Shown one piece after another: positions 1 to 10,678 of a stretch of DNA of 59,075 nt (within the stretch, counting starts at the first letter, position 1; each line of letters begins with the position of its first letter). Made by a program: the position numbers and the translations under genes. This DNA is from Verrucomicrobiota bacterium (GTDB lineage: Bacteria > Verrucomicrobiota > Verrucomicrobiia > Limisphaerales > UBA11358). A model generated the notes under the pieces. It worked only from the letters and a program-made list of their open reading frames with translations. It was not told the DNA's origin and made no database searches. The stretch is from the NCBI GenBank assembly GCA_050015635.1, contig JBEKBA010000004.1, positions 1 to 59,075 of the forward strand. Direction: 5' to 3'.

Positions 1-177
1 CGGATAAATCTGAATCTGATTTAGATTGAGATTCAACTGCTGTGACAGGGCGCGGGACGCGACATTCGTGAAAAAATCAATCGGACTGGCCGCAAAGAAG
101 TTTCGGGCGATTACTTCTTTTGTGATCAACATGACCAACACTGTGCCGACACTCAAAATTCGAAAAAAACGCTTCAT
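1..177 (-). CDS. 5' portion of a probable secreted hypothetical protein (runs off window edge)
   Basis: ATG at 177 opens MKRFFRILSVGTVLVMLITKEVIARNFFAASPIDFFTNVASRALSQQLNLNLNQIQIYP with no stop before base 1; signal-peptide-like N-terminus. Not in the ORF track. Confidence 0.6.
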   Translation of the reverse strand, partial: MKRFFRILSVGTVLVMLITKEVIARNFFAASPIDFFTNVASRALSQQLNLNLNQIQIYP

Positions 178-501
178 TCTGATTGCGGTGTGTTCGCTTC
201 CCAATTACGCGAACCGTTCGTGTGACTGCACCGTGAAACTCAACCCCAATATAATACCTGGATTTTGATTTATTCAAATGGCAAAATTAGCTTTTTCCGT
301 CATAATCACAACCGTAGGCTCGGAGTGACTGACTGAAAAAGTTGTTCGCAGACCCACTGCAGCCTCGCTGCCGCGCCGCTGCCGCAAGCCAAAAAGCAAA
401 GGCAAAAACGCATTAGTATCCTTCTTTTTTCAATTCCCTTGGTCGCGGGTCTTCTGCAAATTTCGGTGCAATGAAAATGTATTTAGCACGGTTCTCATTG
501 C

Positions 502-1338
502 TCATAGCCGATTCCACCAAATCCCGGTTGGTTTTGGAACGTCAAATTTCACGCGTTGTGCCGGGTTGGCCAGCGTGTAGATGGAATAGCTCGTCGGCTT
601 CAATGAAAAATGGCCGGCGGCGACGCGGCGCAAACGATGTTGCAAAATCCAAATGGGTTTGAGCGTTCGCACCCAGTGCGGAATCATGGCTACTGTTTCA
701 TTTCTTTCCCGAATGGCATTGGGTTTAAGATTCATATTTTCGCCGGTGTCGGCAAAGACGGACGTAAATGAATCGCAAACGGCCATGGGTACTTTGTTTT
801 TCATCAGCGCCAAAACCCAGTGAAAGTCACCGAGATCGCGCCAGTGCGTGTCAAAGAAAATTTCGCGCTCATGAATGACCCGACGGCGGATAAAAATCGA
901 ACTGGTTAAGGCTGAAAAACGAAACCAAACGTGTTGCGGATGCGGCGCCAGCGCATGGCGATGGCACATATAATTTCCAGTGCCGTCGGTCACAATGCTG
1001 CCGGCGAGCGCGACTTCGATTTTTGGATTCGCTTCAAAAAATTCGTGGACGGTTTTGAGCGCGCCGGGCAGATATTGTTCATCGCAGTTCAAGTAAGCGA
1101 GGATGTCCCCGCTTGCGCGGCGGTAGCCGCGATTCACCGCGTCATACATCCCGCCGTCTTTTTCAATGAACGCCTTGACGCGCCGGTCGTGCGGCAGCCA
1201 GTCCTGCGTGCCGTCGTCGGAACAGGAATCCTGCACCATGTGTTCGAGTTCGACCCCCTGCTGGTCGGCCACGGAGGCGATGCAGAGCTTCAGCCAGTTT
1301 GAATTGCGAAAGCTCGGCGTGATGATGGAAAATTTCAT
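502..1338 (-). CDS. Glycosyltransferase family 2
   Basis: MKFSIITPSF start, D..S.DGT, GMYDAVNRG and YLNCDE motifs of the GT-A/GT2 fold. Confidence 0.9.
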   Translation of the reverse strand: MKFSIITPSFRNSNWLKLCIASVADQQGVELEHMVQDSCSDDGTQDWLPHDRRVKAFIEKDGGMYDAVNRGYRRASGDILAYLNCDEQYLPGALKTVHEFFEANPKIEVALAGSIVTDGTGNYMCHRHALAPHPQHVWFRFSALTSSIFIRRRVIHEREIFFDTHWRDLGDFHWVLALMKNKVPMAVCDSFTSVFADTGENMNLKPNAIRERNETVAMIPHWVRTLKPIWILQHRLRRVAAGHFSLKPTSYSIYTLANPAQRVKFDVPKPTGIWWNRL

Positions 1339-1356
1339 GGCGTTTTCATTTGAACC

Positions 1357-2996
1357 TCATTGCGGCGTCCGAAAGCGCTGGGCGATGGGAATCCGCCGCC
1401 CCATGCCAAACGCCCGCGGCGAAATTTTCAACGCAGGCGCGGCCTGACGCCGTTTGTATTCGCTGAAATTGATTTTATTGATTACGTCGTTGACCACCGC
1501 CGCGTCAAAACCGCCGCGAATGATTTCCTCTTTGCTTGAATTTTTTACAACGTATAAATCCAGAATCGCGTCAAGTATTTCGTATTCAGGCAGTGAATCC
1601 TGATCCTTTTGGTCGGGCCGCAACTCCGCGCTCGGCGGTTTGGTGATTGATGCTTCGGGAATAATCATTTTTTCCCGGTTCACCCGCCGCGCGATTTTGT
1701 AAATGTCCGTTTTCAAAACGTCCGCCAGCGGCGCGAGCGCGCCGTCCATGTCTCCGTAAAGCGTGCAATAGCCGACGGCCATCTCCGATTTGTTGCCCGT
1801 CGTCAGCACCAGCGCGCCGAATTTGTTCGACAGCGCCATCAACGTCACGCCGCGCAGCCGCGACTGCATGTTTTCCTCCGCCTCGTTTGGCTTCGTTCCG
1901 TAAAAAACCTTTTCCAATTGTTTTTCCACCGACTGGAAAATGGATTCAATCGGCAAAACTTCGCAACGAATGCCAAGGTTTTTTGCGAGCAACCCGGCGT
2001 CAGTCAAACTGCCCGCGCTCGAATATCGCGCGGGCATCGCCACGCCCAAAACGTTGTCCGCGCCGAGCGCGTCCGCCGCGAGCACGGCGACCAGCGCCGA
2101 ATCAATGCCGCCGGATAAACCGACAATCGCCGATTTGAAACCGCATTTGTGAAGATAATCGCGGATACCGAGTGAAAGAGCGGAAAAAATTTGATCTTCC
2201 CGCACGGGCCATTCGATTTTTGGAGGCAGCGAATTTGTTCCCAAATCCGCCACCAGAATTTCCTCGGTGAATCCTTTGCCCAGCACCAGCGACTCGCCTT
2301 TGTGATTCAAAACGACGCTGTGGCCGTCAAAAATCAATTCGTCGTTCGCCCCGACCAGGTTGACTTGGGCCAGCGGCACGCGCTCGTCACGCGCGACACG
2401 CTGGAGCATTTCGAGCCGGGTTTTCTCCTTGCCGTCATGCCACGGCGAAGCGGCGATGTTAAGAATGATTTCCGCGCCTTGCGAAATGAGTTCCTTGATC
2501 GGGTCGCGCCGATAAAGCCGCTCCGGCCAGAAATCCTCGTCCAGATGTCCTCGCAAATCGTGATGCCGAGCTTGCGTCCATCGAATTCAAACGGCGCGAC
2601 GCTTTTGGCCGGCTCAAAATAACGGTCTTCGTCGAAAACATCGTAAGTCGGCAACAGGCTTTTGTGCGTGCGCCAGATGATTTTTCCATTTTGTAAAACT
2701 GCGGCGGAATTTCGCAGCGCGCGTCCGGGACGCTCTGAATTTTTGTCCACGAAGCCGGTGCACAATGGAATGGCCCCGACGCTTTTTGCCGTTTCCGCAA
2801 GCGCGACGAGATTAGCGTCAATGAAATCGGCGCGCAAAAGCAAATCGCGCGGCGGGTAGCCGCAGAGAAACATTTCCGGCGCGAGAATGAATTCCGCGCC
2901 GAGTACACGGGCTTTTTCGTAACCGGTGATGAGCTTTTCGCGATTCGCCGTGAAATCGCCGATGGTTGAATTTAGTTGGAGAACGCCTATTTTCAA
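1357..2996 (-). pseudogene. nadE: Glutamine-dependent NAD+ synthetase, frameshifted near 2540 (pseudogene or sequencing error)
   Basis: Nitrilase/glutaminase domain (PEMF, HKSLLPTYDVFDE, ICEDIW) in ORF 2334..2996 continues in another frame as EDFWPERLY; synthetase domain with GLSGGIDS, TGNKSE, KPPSAEL and EYKRRQ in 1357..2556. Confidence 0.9.
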
Positions 2997-3104
2997 GGAA
3001 AATCAAGGTAATTGGCGCGGGCGTTTTCGCAATGATTTTATTATCGGGTAATGTGTCATTTTCAATGGTGGCAACACCGCGCGGCGGTTCCTGCGGCTGG
3101 CCGT

Positions 3105-3131
3105 CACGGGCGGCGCAGCGCTGTCCCTGCC
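3105..3131. repeat. Degenerate REP-like element half (GCGCTGTCCCTGCC)
   Basis: Reverse complement closely matches GGTAGGGACAGCGC at 31699; intergenic. Confidence 0.4.
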
Positions 3132-3204
3132 TTCAAATTCAAGGACGGATTATTCATGGGCGGAAGTTTCCTTGCCTTGGTCGCGCAACCATTTCCTTTT
3201 GATT

Positions 3205-4350
3205 TCAGCGATGGTCATTTAGTTTTGCAACCAGACCCCGGATGGCTGTGATGCGTTCGGTGGTCAACTTGTCGAAAGTGAACTCGCTGGCGCGTGATAT
3301 TCCGCCGGCGCGCAGGCGGGCGGTCAGGGTTTCATCAGTGACGATTTTCCCCAGTGCGCCGGCCACGGCGGCGGTATCTTGATAATTGATGATAAGGGCG
3401 TGGCCGCCGGTAACTTCGCGCATGATGGGAATATCGTTGAGCACGCACGGTGTGCCACAAGCCAGCGCTTCGGTCACGCAGCGCCCGAAAGTTTCCTCAC
3501 GGCTGGCCAAACAAAAGGCGGCGGCATGACGATAGAGCGGAGCAAGCATGTCATCGTGAACCCAGCCGGGAAATTTTACATCGTTTTCGACGCCCAAGGA
3601 GCCTACTTGTTTGTTCGCCGTTTCCAGGCCATTGAGCCAGTTGCCGCCAACCATCATCAACGGATGCCGGCGTCTGATTTCCGGATCGAGCCGCGCGTAA
3701 CCGGCAATCAGAAGTTCGGCCTGTTTATAGGGATAAAAATTTGAAACCCAGAGAAAATAACCCGGCTCCAGACCGAATTGTTTTTTGAGGCGGGGCAGTT
3801 CATTATCGGTTGCCTTGGGATGAAAAATTTCATGCTGCACCCCTTCGTAACTGACCATCGTGCGATCATGAAATTCGGGATGAAGCGACAATATCTGCTT
3901 TTCCGTCCAGTGCGAATTGGTGATGACCAGGTCGGCGCGCGGCCAGCCGTATTTGATCATCGAATTCCGGTAGAGTTCGCGCAAGAAGCCCAGTTGATTG
4001 CTTTTGTCCAATGTTTGCAACGAAAGCACGTGCATCGCCGTGGGCAGACATTTGCGAATCGGAACGAAGCCCACGGTGATCAGCACGTCCGCGCCCCGCG
4101 CCCGCGCCACCGCCGGCGCTTGAAAATGATCGGCAAACAAGCGGCGATTGAGGCGGTTGTTTGCCGGAAAATCGCGCACCAATTCGACGCGCGGATCCGT
4201 TACCTTCCACTCTTGATCCGGCCCGGCAAAAATCAGCCAGGACACCTCGGGAAAAAGTTTCAATGCGCTGGCCACAAACCCGTTGAAAAACGTGCTTAAT
4301 CCGGTTTTACGCGCGGGATTTTCAGCGAGAATCGTGAGGGCTAGTTTCAT
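3205..4350 (-). CDS. Glycosyltransferase family 4 (GT-B)
   Basis: ETFGRCVTEALACGTP (E-x7-E motif), YPYKQ and FPGWV. Confidence 0.9.
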   Translation of the reverse strand: MKLALTILAENPARKTGLSTFFNGFVASALKLFPEVSWLIFAGPDQEWKVTDPRVELVRDFPANNRLNRRLFADHFQAPAVARARGADVLITVGFVPIRKCLPTAMHVLSLQTLDKSNQLGFLRELYRNSMIKYGWPRADLVITNSHWTEKQILSLHPEFHDRTMVSYEGVQHEIFHPKATDNELPRLKKQFGLEPGYFLWVSNFYPYKQAELLIAGYARLDPEIRRRHPLMMVGGNWLNGLETANKQVGSLGVENDVKFPGWVHDDMLAPLYRHAAAFCLASREETFGRCVTEALACGTPCVLNDIPIMREVTGGHALIINYQDTAAVAGALGKIVTDETLTARLRAGGISRASEFTFDKLTTERITAIRGLVAKLNDHR

Positions 4351-4478
4351 CGTTTCCGGCGCGGCTTGTGTCGCGTCCTCAAGCCCAAAACTTGGGCGAA
4401 GTTTAAGCCGAATGAAAGATTTTTTTGTGCGCGGGGTTTGGCTGGCATTTTAATTTTTACTCAATATGCTGAAATTTT

Positions 4479-5246
4479 ATGGCCATTGAACGTGTCAACG
4501 TCCTCGGTGTCGGCATCAGCGTGCTGAATTTGCAGGCCGCGCTGGCCGCCATCGCCGATGCCGTGCAGGCGCGGCGTAAAGGCTACATTTGCGTGACCGG
4601 CATTCATGGCGTGATGGAGGCGCAAACGGATGAAAACTTCCGGCGGATTTTGAATCGCGCGTTTCTCTGCACCCCGGACGGAATGCCGATGGTTTGGATG
4701 GGTAAATTAAAGGGTCATGCGAAAATGAGCCGCGTTTATGGCCCGGATTTGATGCTGGATGTCTGCGCGTGGAGCGAAGCCAATCCGTGCCGCCACTTTT
4801 TTTATGGTGGCGCACCGGGTACCGCCAAGGATTTGCGGGACAAACTACAAACGCAGTTTCCAAAATTGGAAATCGCCGGGACGTTCACGCCGCCATTCCG
4901 TCCGTTGAACCCGGAAGAAGAAAAGCAATTTATCGAAACGATTCGCGCGGCGCAGCCGGACATCCTGTGGGTCGGCTTGAGCACTCCCAAACAGGAAAAA
5001 TTCATGGCGGAATTTCTGCCGAAGTTGGACGCGACACTGATGATCGGCGTCGGCGCGGCGTTTGATTTTCACAGCGGGCGCGTCAAACAGGCCCCGCGCT
5101 GGATGCAAAGCAGCGGACTGGAATGGTTTTATCGTTTGTGCCGGGAGCCGCGGCGGCTGGCAAAGCGTTATTTCCGGAATAATCCTTTGTTTGCCGCGAA
5201 AATCTCCGCGCAGCTTGCCGGCTGGAAGAAGTATTCGTTGGAGTAA
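4479..5246 (+). CDS. WecB/TagA/CpsF family glycosyltransferase (GT26)
   Basis: TPDGMP, RVYGPDLM, VGLSTPKQE, GVGAAFDF and GLEWFYRL..EPRRL motifs. Confidence 0.93.
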   Translation: MAIERVNVLGVGISVLNLQAALAAIADAVQARRKGYICVTGIHGVMEAQTDENFRRILNRAFLCTPDGMPMVWMGKLKGHAKMSRVYGPDLMLDVCAWSEANPCRHFFYGGAPGTAKDLRDKLQTQFPKLEIAGTFTPPFRPLNPEEEKQFIETIRAAQPDILWVGLSTPKQEKFMAEFLPKLDATLMIGVGAAFDFHSGRVKQAPRWMQSSGLEWFYRLCREPRRLAKRYFRNNPLFAAKISAQLAGWKKYSLE

Positions 5247-5596
5247 ACGCCGCCTGCGAATGATTTTGTTTGAATAAATCCTTTGGTATGTCTATCTCAA
5301 GATTGGAAACACGTACGAATGAATAATTAAGAAGGCGGTTAAATTTCACGGATCCCCGGTGTAAAAGCTCGGAGCCGGCTTTCTTTATTGTTTGCCGGAG
5401 GTTTTCGGCCTTCATAAAATGCAGGTTTGTCGAACAACACCCCGATCTCGCCCGGATTCTCTAATGACTCAAGTCTAAAGGAAACGATGCAGTTTGTTCG
5501 GTTTGTGGCAGGATTTGCCCACCCGGCAGCGCACTGACAACAATTTATTTGAGTAAAAGGGGGATGTTTGTTATCTGAATATGGAAACAAACACGA

Positions 5597-6568
5597 ATGA
5601 ACGACCCTTCCATCAGTGAAACTCCGCGTGATTGGCGTGTGGATAGTGCCGGTTGCTGGCGTCAGTTGCCGAACAAGACATTTTTCTTCACCTTATTGGC
5701 GGCCTGGCTGGCGCTTTTCCAATTTTGGGGAAATTCTACCTTCGGCTATACTCGCAGTTCGTCGCTGTTTGACTGGATGTGGGCCGCGTATAATGGTGGC
5801 GGCATTTCCGGCGATGACGCGATTGGGATTTTGATTCCCTTTTTGGTGATTGGTTTGTTTTGGTGGAAACGCGGGGAATTATTGGAATTGCCCTTGAAAT
5901 TTTGGCCGCTGGCTTTGTTTTTTGTCATTTTGGGACTCCTCTTGCATGTCACCGGTTATTTGATTCAGGAAGCGCGCCTTTCCATCATCGCGTTCTTTGT
6001 GGGGATGTACGGATTGATGGGATTGGCTTGGGGACGCGAATGGTTGCGAAAAAGTTTCTTTCCGTTCTTTCTCTTTATTTTTTGCGTCCCATCCAGCATC
6101 CTGCTCCAGCCCATAACTTCTCCATTGCGAATTCTTGCTTCCCAACTGACCGAATGGGTGGCGCATTACATTCTCGGAATCGGGGTGATGCGCAGGGGCA
6201 CGGAATTGTTCGATCCGATGGGCACTTATCAATACGACGTCGCCGCGGCGTGCAGCGGCATCCGCAGCCTCGTGGCAATTTCCCTGCTCGCCACGATTTA
6301 CGGATTCATCACCTTTCGCTCGCCCTGGAAACGCCTGTTCATGATAGCGCTGGCCGTTCCGTTTGCCGTTTTGGGAAATCTTGTCCGAATGCTTTTGATC
6401 ATCGTCGCCGCGGCTATGGGCGGGCAGGAGTGGGGCAATTATGTGCATGAAGGCGGTCCATTTGGAATTATCAGTCTGTTGCCTTACCTGCCGGCCATGT
6501 TCGGACTGCTTTGGATCGGACGCTGGCTGGAAAAAAAATCCGGCCCGGATGAAAAGAAACAACCATGA
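5597..6568 (+). CDS. Exosortase family transpeptidase
   Basis: Multi-TM protein with catalytic Cys (DVAAACSGIRSL), Arg (NLVR) and His (YVHE); followed by an EpsI-like gene. Confidence 0.9.
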   Translation: MNDPSISETPRDWRVDSAGCWRQLPNKTFFFTLLAAWLALFQFWGNSTFGYTRSSSLFDWMWAAYNGGGISGDDAIGILIPFLVIGLFWWKRGELLELPLKFWPLALFFVILGLLLHVTGYLIQEARLSIIAFFVGMYGLMGLAWGREWLRKSFFPFFLFIFCVPSSILLQPITSPLRILASQLTEWVAHYILGIGVMRRGTELFDPMGTYQYDVAAACSGIRSLVAISLLATIYGFITFRSPWKRLFMIALAVPFAVLGNLVRMLLIIVAAAMGGQEWGNYVHEGGPFGIISLLPYLPAMFGLLWIGRWLEKKSGPDEKKQP

Positions 6569-7302
6569 AAAAATCCCAATGGCTGGTTCTTTTAATCGCG
6601 ATGGCGTTGTTTGCAGGCACGGCTGGTGCCCTGACCTGGCTCAAGCTGAATCAAAAATTGGGCAGGCCGGGCATCAGGGCCACGCCGGTTCCCGGCAGTG
6701 TGAAGATGACTTTCGATTTGCCGGCGCTTGCGCTCGACTTCGTTTCCACAAATGTGCCGGAAGATAAATCAGTTTTGGATACGCTGCCCGGGGACACCAG
6801 CTTCGCGCAACGGCATTACTTCGCGCCCGACGGTTTCTGGGTAAATGCCAACATCGTTTTGATGGGCATGGACCGGACCAGCATTCACAGACCTGAATTC
6901 TGCCTGCCGAGCCAGGGCTGGCGCATTGACCAGAGAACAACCATCGGCATTCCCATCGCAGACGTGCGTCCTTATCATTTGCAGGTCGCAAAATGGGTGA
7001 TGACAACTTTTCTTCCGGATTCCAATGGCCGGAAACAGGAAGTGCGCGGACTCTATGTGTTTTGGTTCGTGGCGCACGATGAGGAAACCGCCAGCCACTG
7101 GCAGCGCCTCTGGTGGCTGACGCGCGACTTGATGCAGACGGGCGTTTTGCAACGCTGGGCTTACGTTTCATATTTTACAGTCTGTCTTCCGGGTCAGGAA
7201 GATGCCACGTTCGAACGTGTGAAAAATTTGATCGCGGCTTCGGTGCCCGAATTTCAACCGGCCCCCGGCCAGAAATTCGCCGCGGCCACGATTGCACGTT
7301 AA
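6565..7302 (+). CDS. Exosortase-associated EpsI family protein
   Basis: SIHRPEFCLPSQGW motif and YVFWF; 4-bp overlap with the exosortase. Confidence 0.85.
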   Translation: MKKSQWLVLLIAMALFAGTAGALTWLKLNQKLGRPGIRATPVPGSVKMTFDLPALALDFVSTNVPEDKSVLDTLPGDTSFAQRHYFAPDGFWVNANIVLMGMDRTSIHRPEFCLPSQGWRIDQRTTIGIPIADVRPYHLQVAKWVMTTFLPDSNGRKQEVRGLYVFWFVAHDEETASHWQRLWWLTRDLMQTGVLQRWAYVSYFTVCLPGQEDATFERVKNLIAASVPEFQPAPGQKFAAATIAR

Positions 7303-7368
7303 TGGTTAAAATGCTGGTATTTGTAATTTTTCCCCTTACCCTTAAAGCCGTTTTTTAGTCGTAAAACC

Positions 7369-8760
7369 ATGTTGCAACGTGACCGTCAGATTCGGATACA
7401 AATCCAGCAGTTGGCCGATGCCTGCCTGTTTGCCGTAAGCCTCTCGATTGCGTATGCGCTGCGCTCCAACCCGCAAATCATTGCCTGGCTGAATCTGGTG
7501 CCCGCCAGCTCATTTGAAAGTTTTCGCTGGCTTTACGTCGTGTTGATTCCCGCCGCGCCGCTCATCCTTGAATCACAGGGATTTTACGACCGCACTGCCC
7601 CATGCCCGCGTAATGTCATTTTTTGGCCGTTGTTGAGAAGCTGCGTGTTGATCACGATGGGGCTGATCTTGACCCTGTATTTCTTCCACTTGACCGTGGC
7701 GCGCGGAATTTTGATCTGGTTCGGTTTCATCAGTTTTGGCGCGGTTGGTTTGAAGGAGGAATTACTGCGGCTGCTTTTCAAAAGCAAATTCGCCCAGCAG
7801 CAGTTTCACCGCCGCTTCATTCTCGCCGGCACGGAAACGGAAAACAAAAAAATGTGGCGGGATTTGGATCAACGAGCCGACCAAGGCATTAAAGTTGTGG
7901 CCAAGGTTGACCTCAATCAAATCGGCGCGGTGGAGCTTGTGGAAATGCTGCATGATCATTCGGCCAACGGCGTCATCCTGAACGCCAAACATGCTTACTT
8001 TGAGCAGGTGGAAAACATCATCAAAGCGTGCGAACTCGAAGGGGTCGAGGTCTGGCTGCTCGCCGACTTTTTCACAACGCAGATTTCGCGCACCAGCTTC
8101 GATGAATTGCTCGGTCGACCTCTGATCGTTTTTCGGACGGCCCCGGAGTCTTCCTGGCAGGGCGTGATCAAATGGGTCATGGATCGCGTCGGCGCGCTGA
8201 TCCTGTTGCTCTTGTTTTTGCCGCTGTTCCTGCTCATCGCCGTGGCCATCAAAATCGCCTCGTCCGGCCCCATCTTTTTCCACCAGCAGCGCTCCGGCCT
8301 TAACGGCGCACCCTTCACGCTTTACAAATTCCGTACGATGATCACCAACGCCGAGCAATTCAAACACGAGCTCGAAGCGATGAACGAAATGAGCGGTCCG
8401 GTTTTCAAAGTCACCAACGATCCGCGCGTCACGCGCACCGGAAAATTTCTTCGCCGCTACAGCCTCGACGAATTTCCGCAGCTCTTTAACGTCCTCCGCG
8501 GTGAGATGAGCCTGGTCGGCCCGCGCCCCTTGCCGGTGGGCGAAGTCAAGCGCTTCGACGACCTCGCACACCGTCGCCGCTTGAGCGTCAAACCCGGCCT
8601 CACCTGCCTCTGGCAAATCAGCGGACGCAATGAAATTCGCGATTTCAAGGATTGGGTGCGGCTCGACCTCGATTACATTGACCAGTGGTCGCTCTGGCTC
8701 GACTTGAAAATTTTGCTGCGCACCCCGGCCGCCGTCCTGCGCGGCACCGGTGCCAGGTGA
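7369..8760 (+). CDS. Undecaprenyl-phosphate sugar phosphotransferase (WcaJ/WbaP-like priming transferase)
   Basis: N-terminal TM helices; YKFRTM, DPRVT, SLDEFPQL, GEMSLVGPRP and KPGLTCLWQISGR. Confidence 0.93.
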   Translation: MLQRDRQIRIQIQQLADACLFAVSLSIAYALRSNPQIIAWLNLVPASSFESFRWLYVVLIPAAPLILESQGFYDRTAPCPRNVIFWPLLRSCVLITMGLILTLYFFHLTVARGILIWFGFISFGAVGLKEELLRLLFKSKFAQQQFHRRFILAGTETENKKMWRDLDQRADQGIKVVAKVDLNQIGAVELVEMLHDHSANGVILNAKHAYFEQVENIIKACELEGVEVWLLADFFTTQISRTSFDELLGRPLIVFRTAPESSWQGVIKWVMDRVGALILLLLFLPLFLLIAVAIKIASSGPIFFHQQRSGLNGAPFTLYKFRTMITNAEQFKHELEAMNEMSGPVFKVTNDPRVTRTGKFLRRYSLDEFPQLFNVLRGEMSLVGPRPLPVGEVKRFDDLAHRRRLSVKPGLTCLWQISGRNEIRDFKDWVRLDLDYIDQWSLWLDLKILLRTPAAVLRGTGAR

Positions 8761-8775
8761 AATGCCGGTCGTTTT

Positions 8776-8857
8776 AATCGTTGAATCATTGAACCGTTTT
8801 ACTACGCTTCAACCATTCGATCATGTAACCATGCAACGATTTAACGGTTCAATCATT
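8776..8857. repeat. Inverted array of 8-mer tandem repeats (intergenic hairpin)
   Basis: AATCGTTG AATCATTG AACCGTTT ... CAACCATT CGATCATG TAACCATG CAACGATT TAACGGTT CAATCATT; ATTGAACCGTT pairs with AACGGTTCAAT. Confidence 0.6.
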
Positions 8858-8865
8858 CGCCTTTG

Positions 8866-9810
8866 ATGAAGAAAAAACAACCTGTGTCCGTCGTCACCGG
8901 TGCCGCCGGCTTTCTCGGCTCCCATTTGACCGATTTGCTTCTGGCGCGCGGCCACAAAGTCATCGGCTTGGACAACTTCGTCACCGGCTCGGTGGACAAC
9001 ATTTCTCATCTGGGCGGCAACCCGGATTTTAAATTCATCCAGCAGGATGTGACCGAATTTATTTTTCTCGATACTCCCGTGGATTACGTCTGGCACTTCG
9101 CTTCGCCCGCCAGCCCGATTGATTATTTGGAGTTGCCCATTCAAACTCTCAAGGTCGGTTCGCTCGGCACGCACAAGGCGCTCGGCCTCGCCAAAAATAA
9201 AAAGGCGCGTTTTCTCATCGCCTCGACTTCGGAAATTTACGGCGACCCCCTCGTCCATCCGCAAACTGAAGAGTATTGGGGCAACGTGAATACCATCGGC
9301 CCGCGCGGCTGCTACGACGAAGCCAAGCGCTTTGCCGAGGCGATGACCATGGCCTATCACCGCGAACATAAAGTCGAAACGCGCATTGTGAGAATTTTCA
9401 ACACTTACGGCCCGCGTATGCGCATCAATGACGGTCGCGTCGTGCCCGCGTTCGTCAGCCAGGCGTTGAAAAATAAACCCGTCACCGTTTTTGGCGATGG
9501 CCGGCAGACGCGCAGCTTTTGTTACGTCTCGGATTTGATCGAGGGCATTTACCGGCTGATGATGAGTGATTACGATTTGCCCGTGAACATCGGCAACCCG
9601 ACGGAAATGACGATGCTCCAGTTCGCCCGGGAAATCATCCGCGCCGTTAAATCCGGGAGCAAAATCGTTTTCAAACCGCTGCCACAGGACGATCCCAAAC
9701 AGCGCAAGCCCGACATCACCAGGGCAAAAAGAATTCTGAAATGGGAACCAAAAGTTCCGCTCGCGCAAGGCCTCATCGAGACCATCACTTACTTCAGGCG
9801 AAAGGTTTGA
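8866..9810 (+). CDS. UDP-glucuronate decarboxylase (UDP-xylose synthase)-like SDR
   Basis: [43 protein letters not shown] and [10 protein letters not shown]. Confidence 0.9.
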   Translation: MKKKQPVSVVTGAAGFLGSHLTDLLLARGHKVIGLDNFVTGSVDNISHLGGNPDFKFIQQDVTEFIFLDTPVDYVWHFASPASPIDYLELPIQTLKVGSLGTHKALGLAKNKKARFLIASTSEIYGDPLVHPQTEEYWGNVNTIGPRGCYDEAKRFAEAMTMAYHREHKVETRIVRIFNTYGPRMRINDGRVVPAFVSQALKNKPVTVFGDGRQTRSFCYVSDLIEGIYRLMMSDYDLPVNIGNPTEMTMLQFAREIIRAVKSGSKIVFKPLPQDDPKQRKPDITRAKRILKWEPKVPLAQGLIETITYFRRKV

Positions 9811-9835
9811 GCGCCGCGTCCGCGCCGGCCAATAA

Positions 9836-10678
9836 ATGATCTTCCGCGCACGCCAGTTTGAATTCACTTTTCCGCGACCGGCCCTTGTCATGGGCGTCGT
9901 CAACGTCACGCCCGATTCCTTTTCCGACGGCGGAAAATTTCTGGATTCTGCCCAAGCCGTCGCTCACGCGCGGAAACTCGTCGAACAAGGCGCAGAAATT
10001 CTCGATATCGGCGGCGAGTCCTCGCGACCGGGCGCGGAACCGGTTGCTGAAAATGTGGAATTGCAACGCGTGATTCCCGTCATCGAACAACTCGTGACGA
10101 AAATTAAAATTCCGCTCTCGATTGATACCATGAAACCCGCCGTCGCCCGCGCCGCGCTGCAAACCGGCGCGAGCATCGTCAATGATGTCGCGGCCAATCG
10201 CGAAAACGACGCCATGTGGAAAGTTGTGTCGGAATTTCACGCCGGTTACATTTGCATGCACGCGCAAGGCGAACCGCGGACCATGCAAAAAAATCCGGTT
10301 TATGCCGACGTGGTTCGCACGATCGGTGATTTTTTTCAGGATCGACTGCGGCGATTGAACGCTTGCGGCATTGCGGCTGACCGGGCTGTTCTTGACGTGG
10401 GCATCGGCTTCGGCAAGACGCTCGAACATAATTTGCAGTTGCTCGCAAACCTGCGGAGTTTTACAACGTTGGCACGACCACTGCTGATTGGAGTCTCGCG
10501 CAAGTCGTTCATCGGAAAATTGCTCGGCGCCAATCTGAATGAACGCTTGCCCGCATCGCTCGCTTGCGCGAGTCTGGCCATCGAATCGGGCGCGCAAATC
10601 ATCCGGACGCACGACGTGATGGAAACGGTTCAGGCCGTTCGTATGACGGAAGCGATTCTCGCTCGGATAAAAAAATAA
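9836..10678 (+). CDS. folP: Dihydropteroate synthase
   Basis: MGVVNVTPDSFSDGG, DIGGESSRPGA, GIGFGK, SRKSF and RTHDV. Confidence 0.96.
   Translation: MIFRARQFEFTFPRPALVMGVVNVTPDSFSDGGKFLDSAQAVAHARKLVEQGAEILDIGGESSRPGAEPVAENVELQRVIPVIEQLVTKIKIPLSIDTMKPAVARAALQTGASIVNDVAANRENDAMWKVVSEFHAGYICMHAQGEPRTMQKNPVYADVVRTIGDFFQDRLRRLNACGIAADRAVLDVGIGFGKTLEHNLQLLANLRSFTTLARPLLIGVSRKSFIGKLLGANLNERLPASLACASLAIESGAQIIRTHDVMETVQAVRMTEAILARIKK

Noticed and set aside
2334-2556. Programmed ribosomal frameshift in nadE
   Set aside because: No slippery heptamer or stimulatory structure at the junction; bases are simply missing.
5505-5520. Sigma54-like TGGCAGGATTTGC upstream of the exosortase
   Set aside because: GG-to-GC spacing is 8 nt rather than the required 10.
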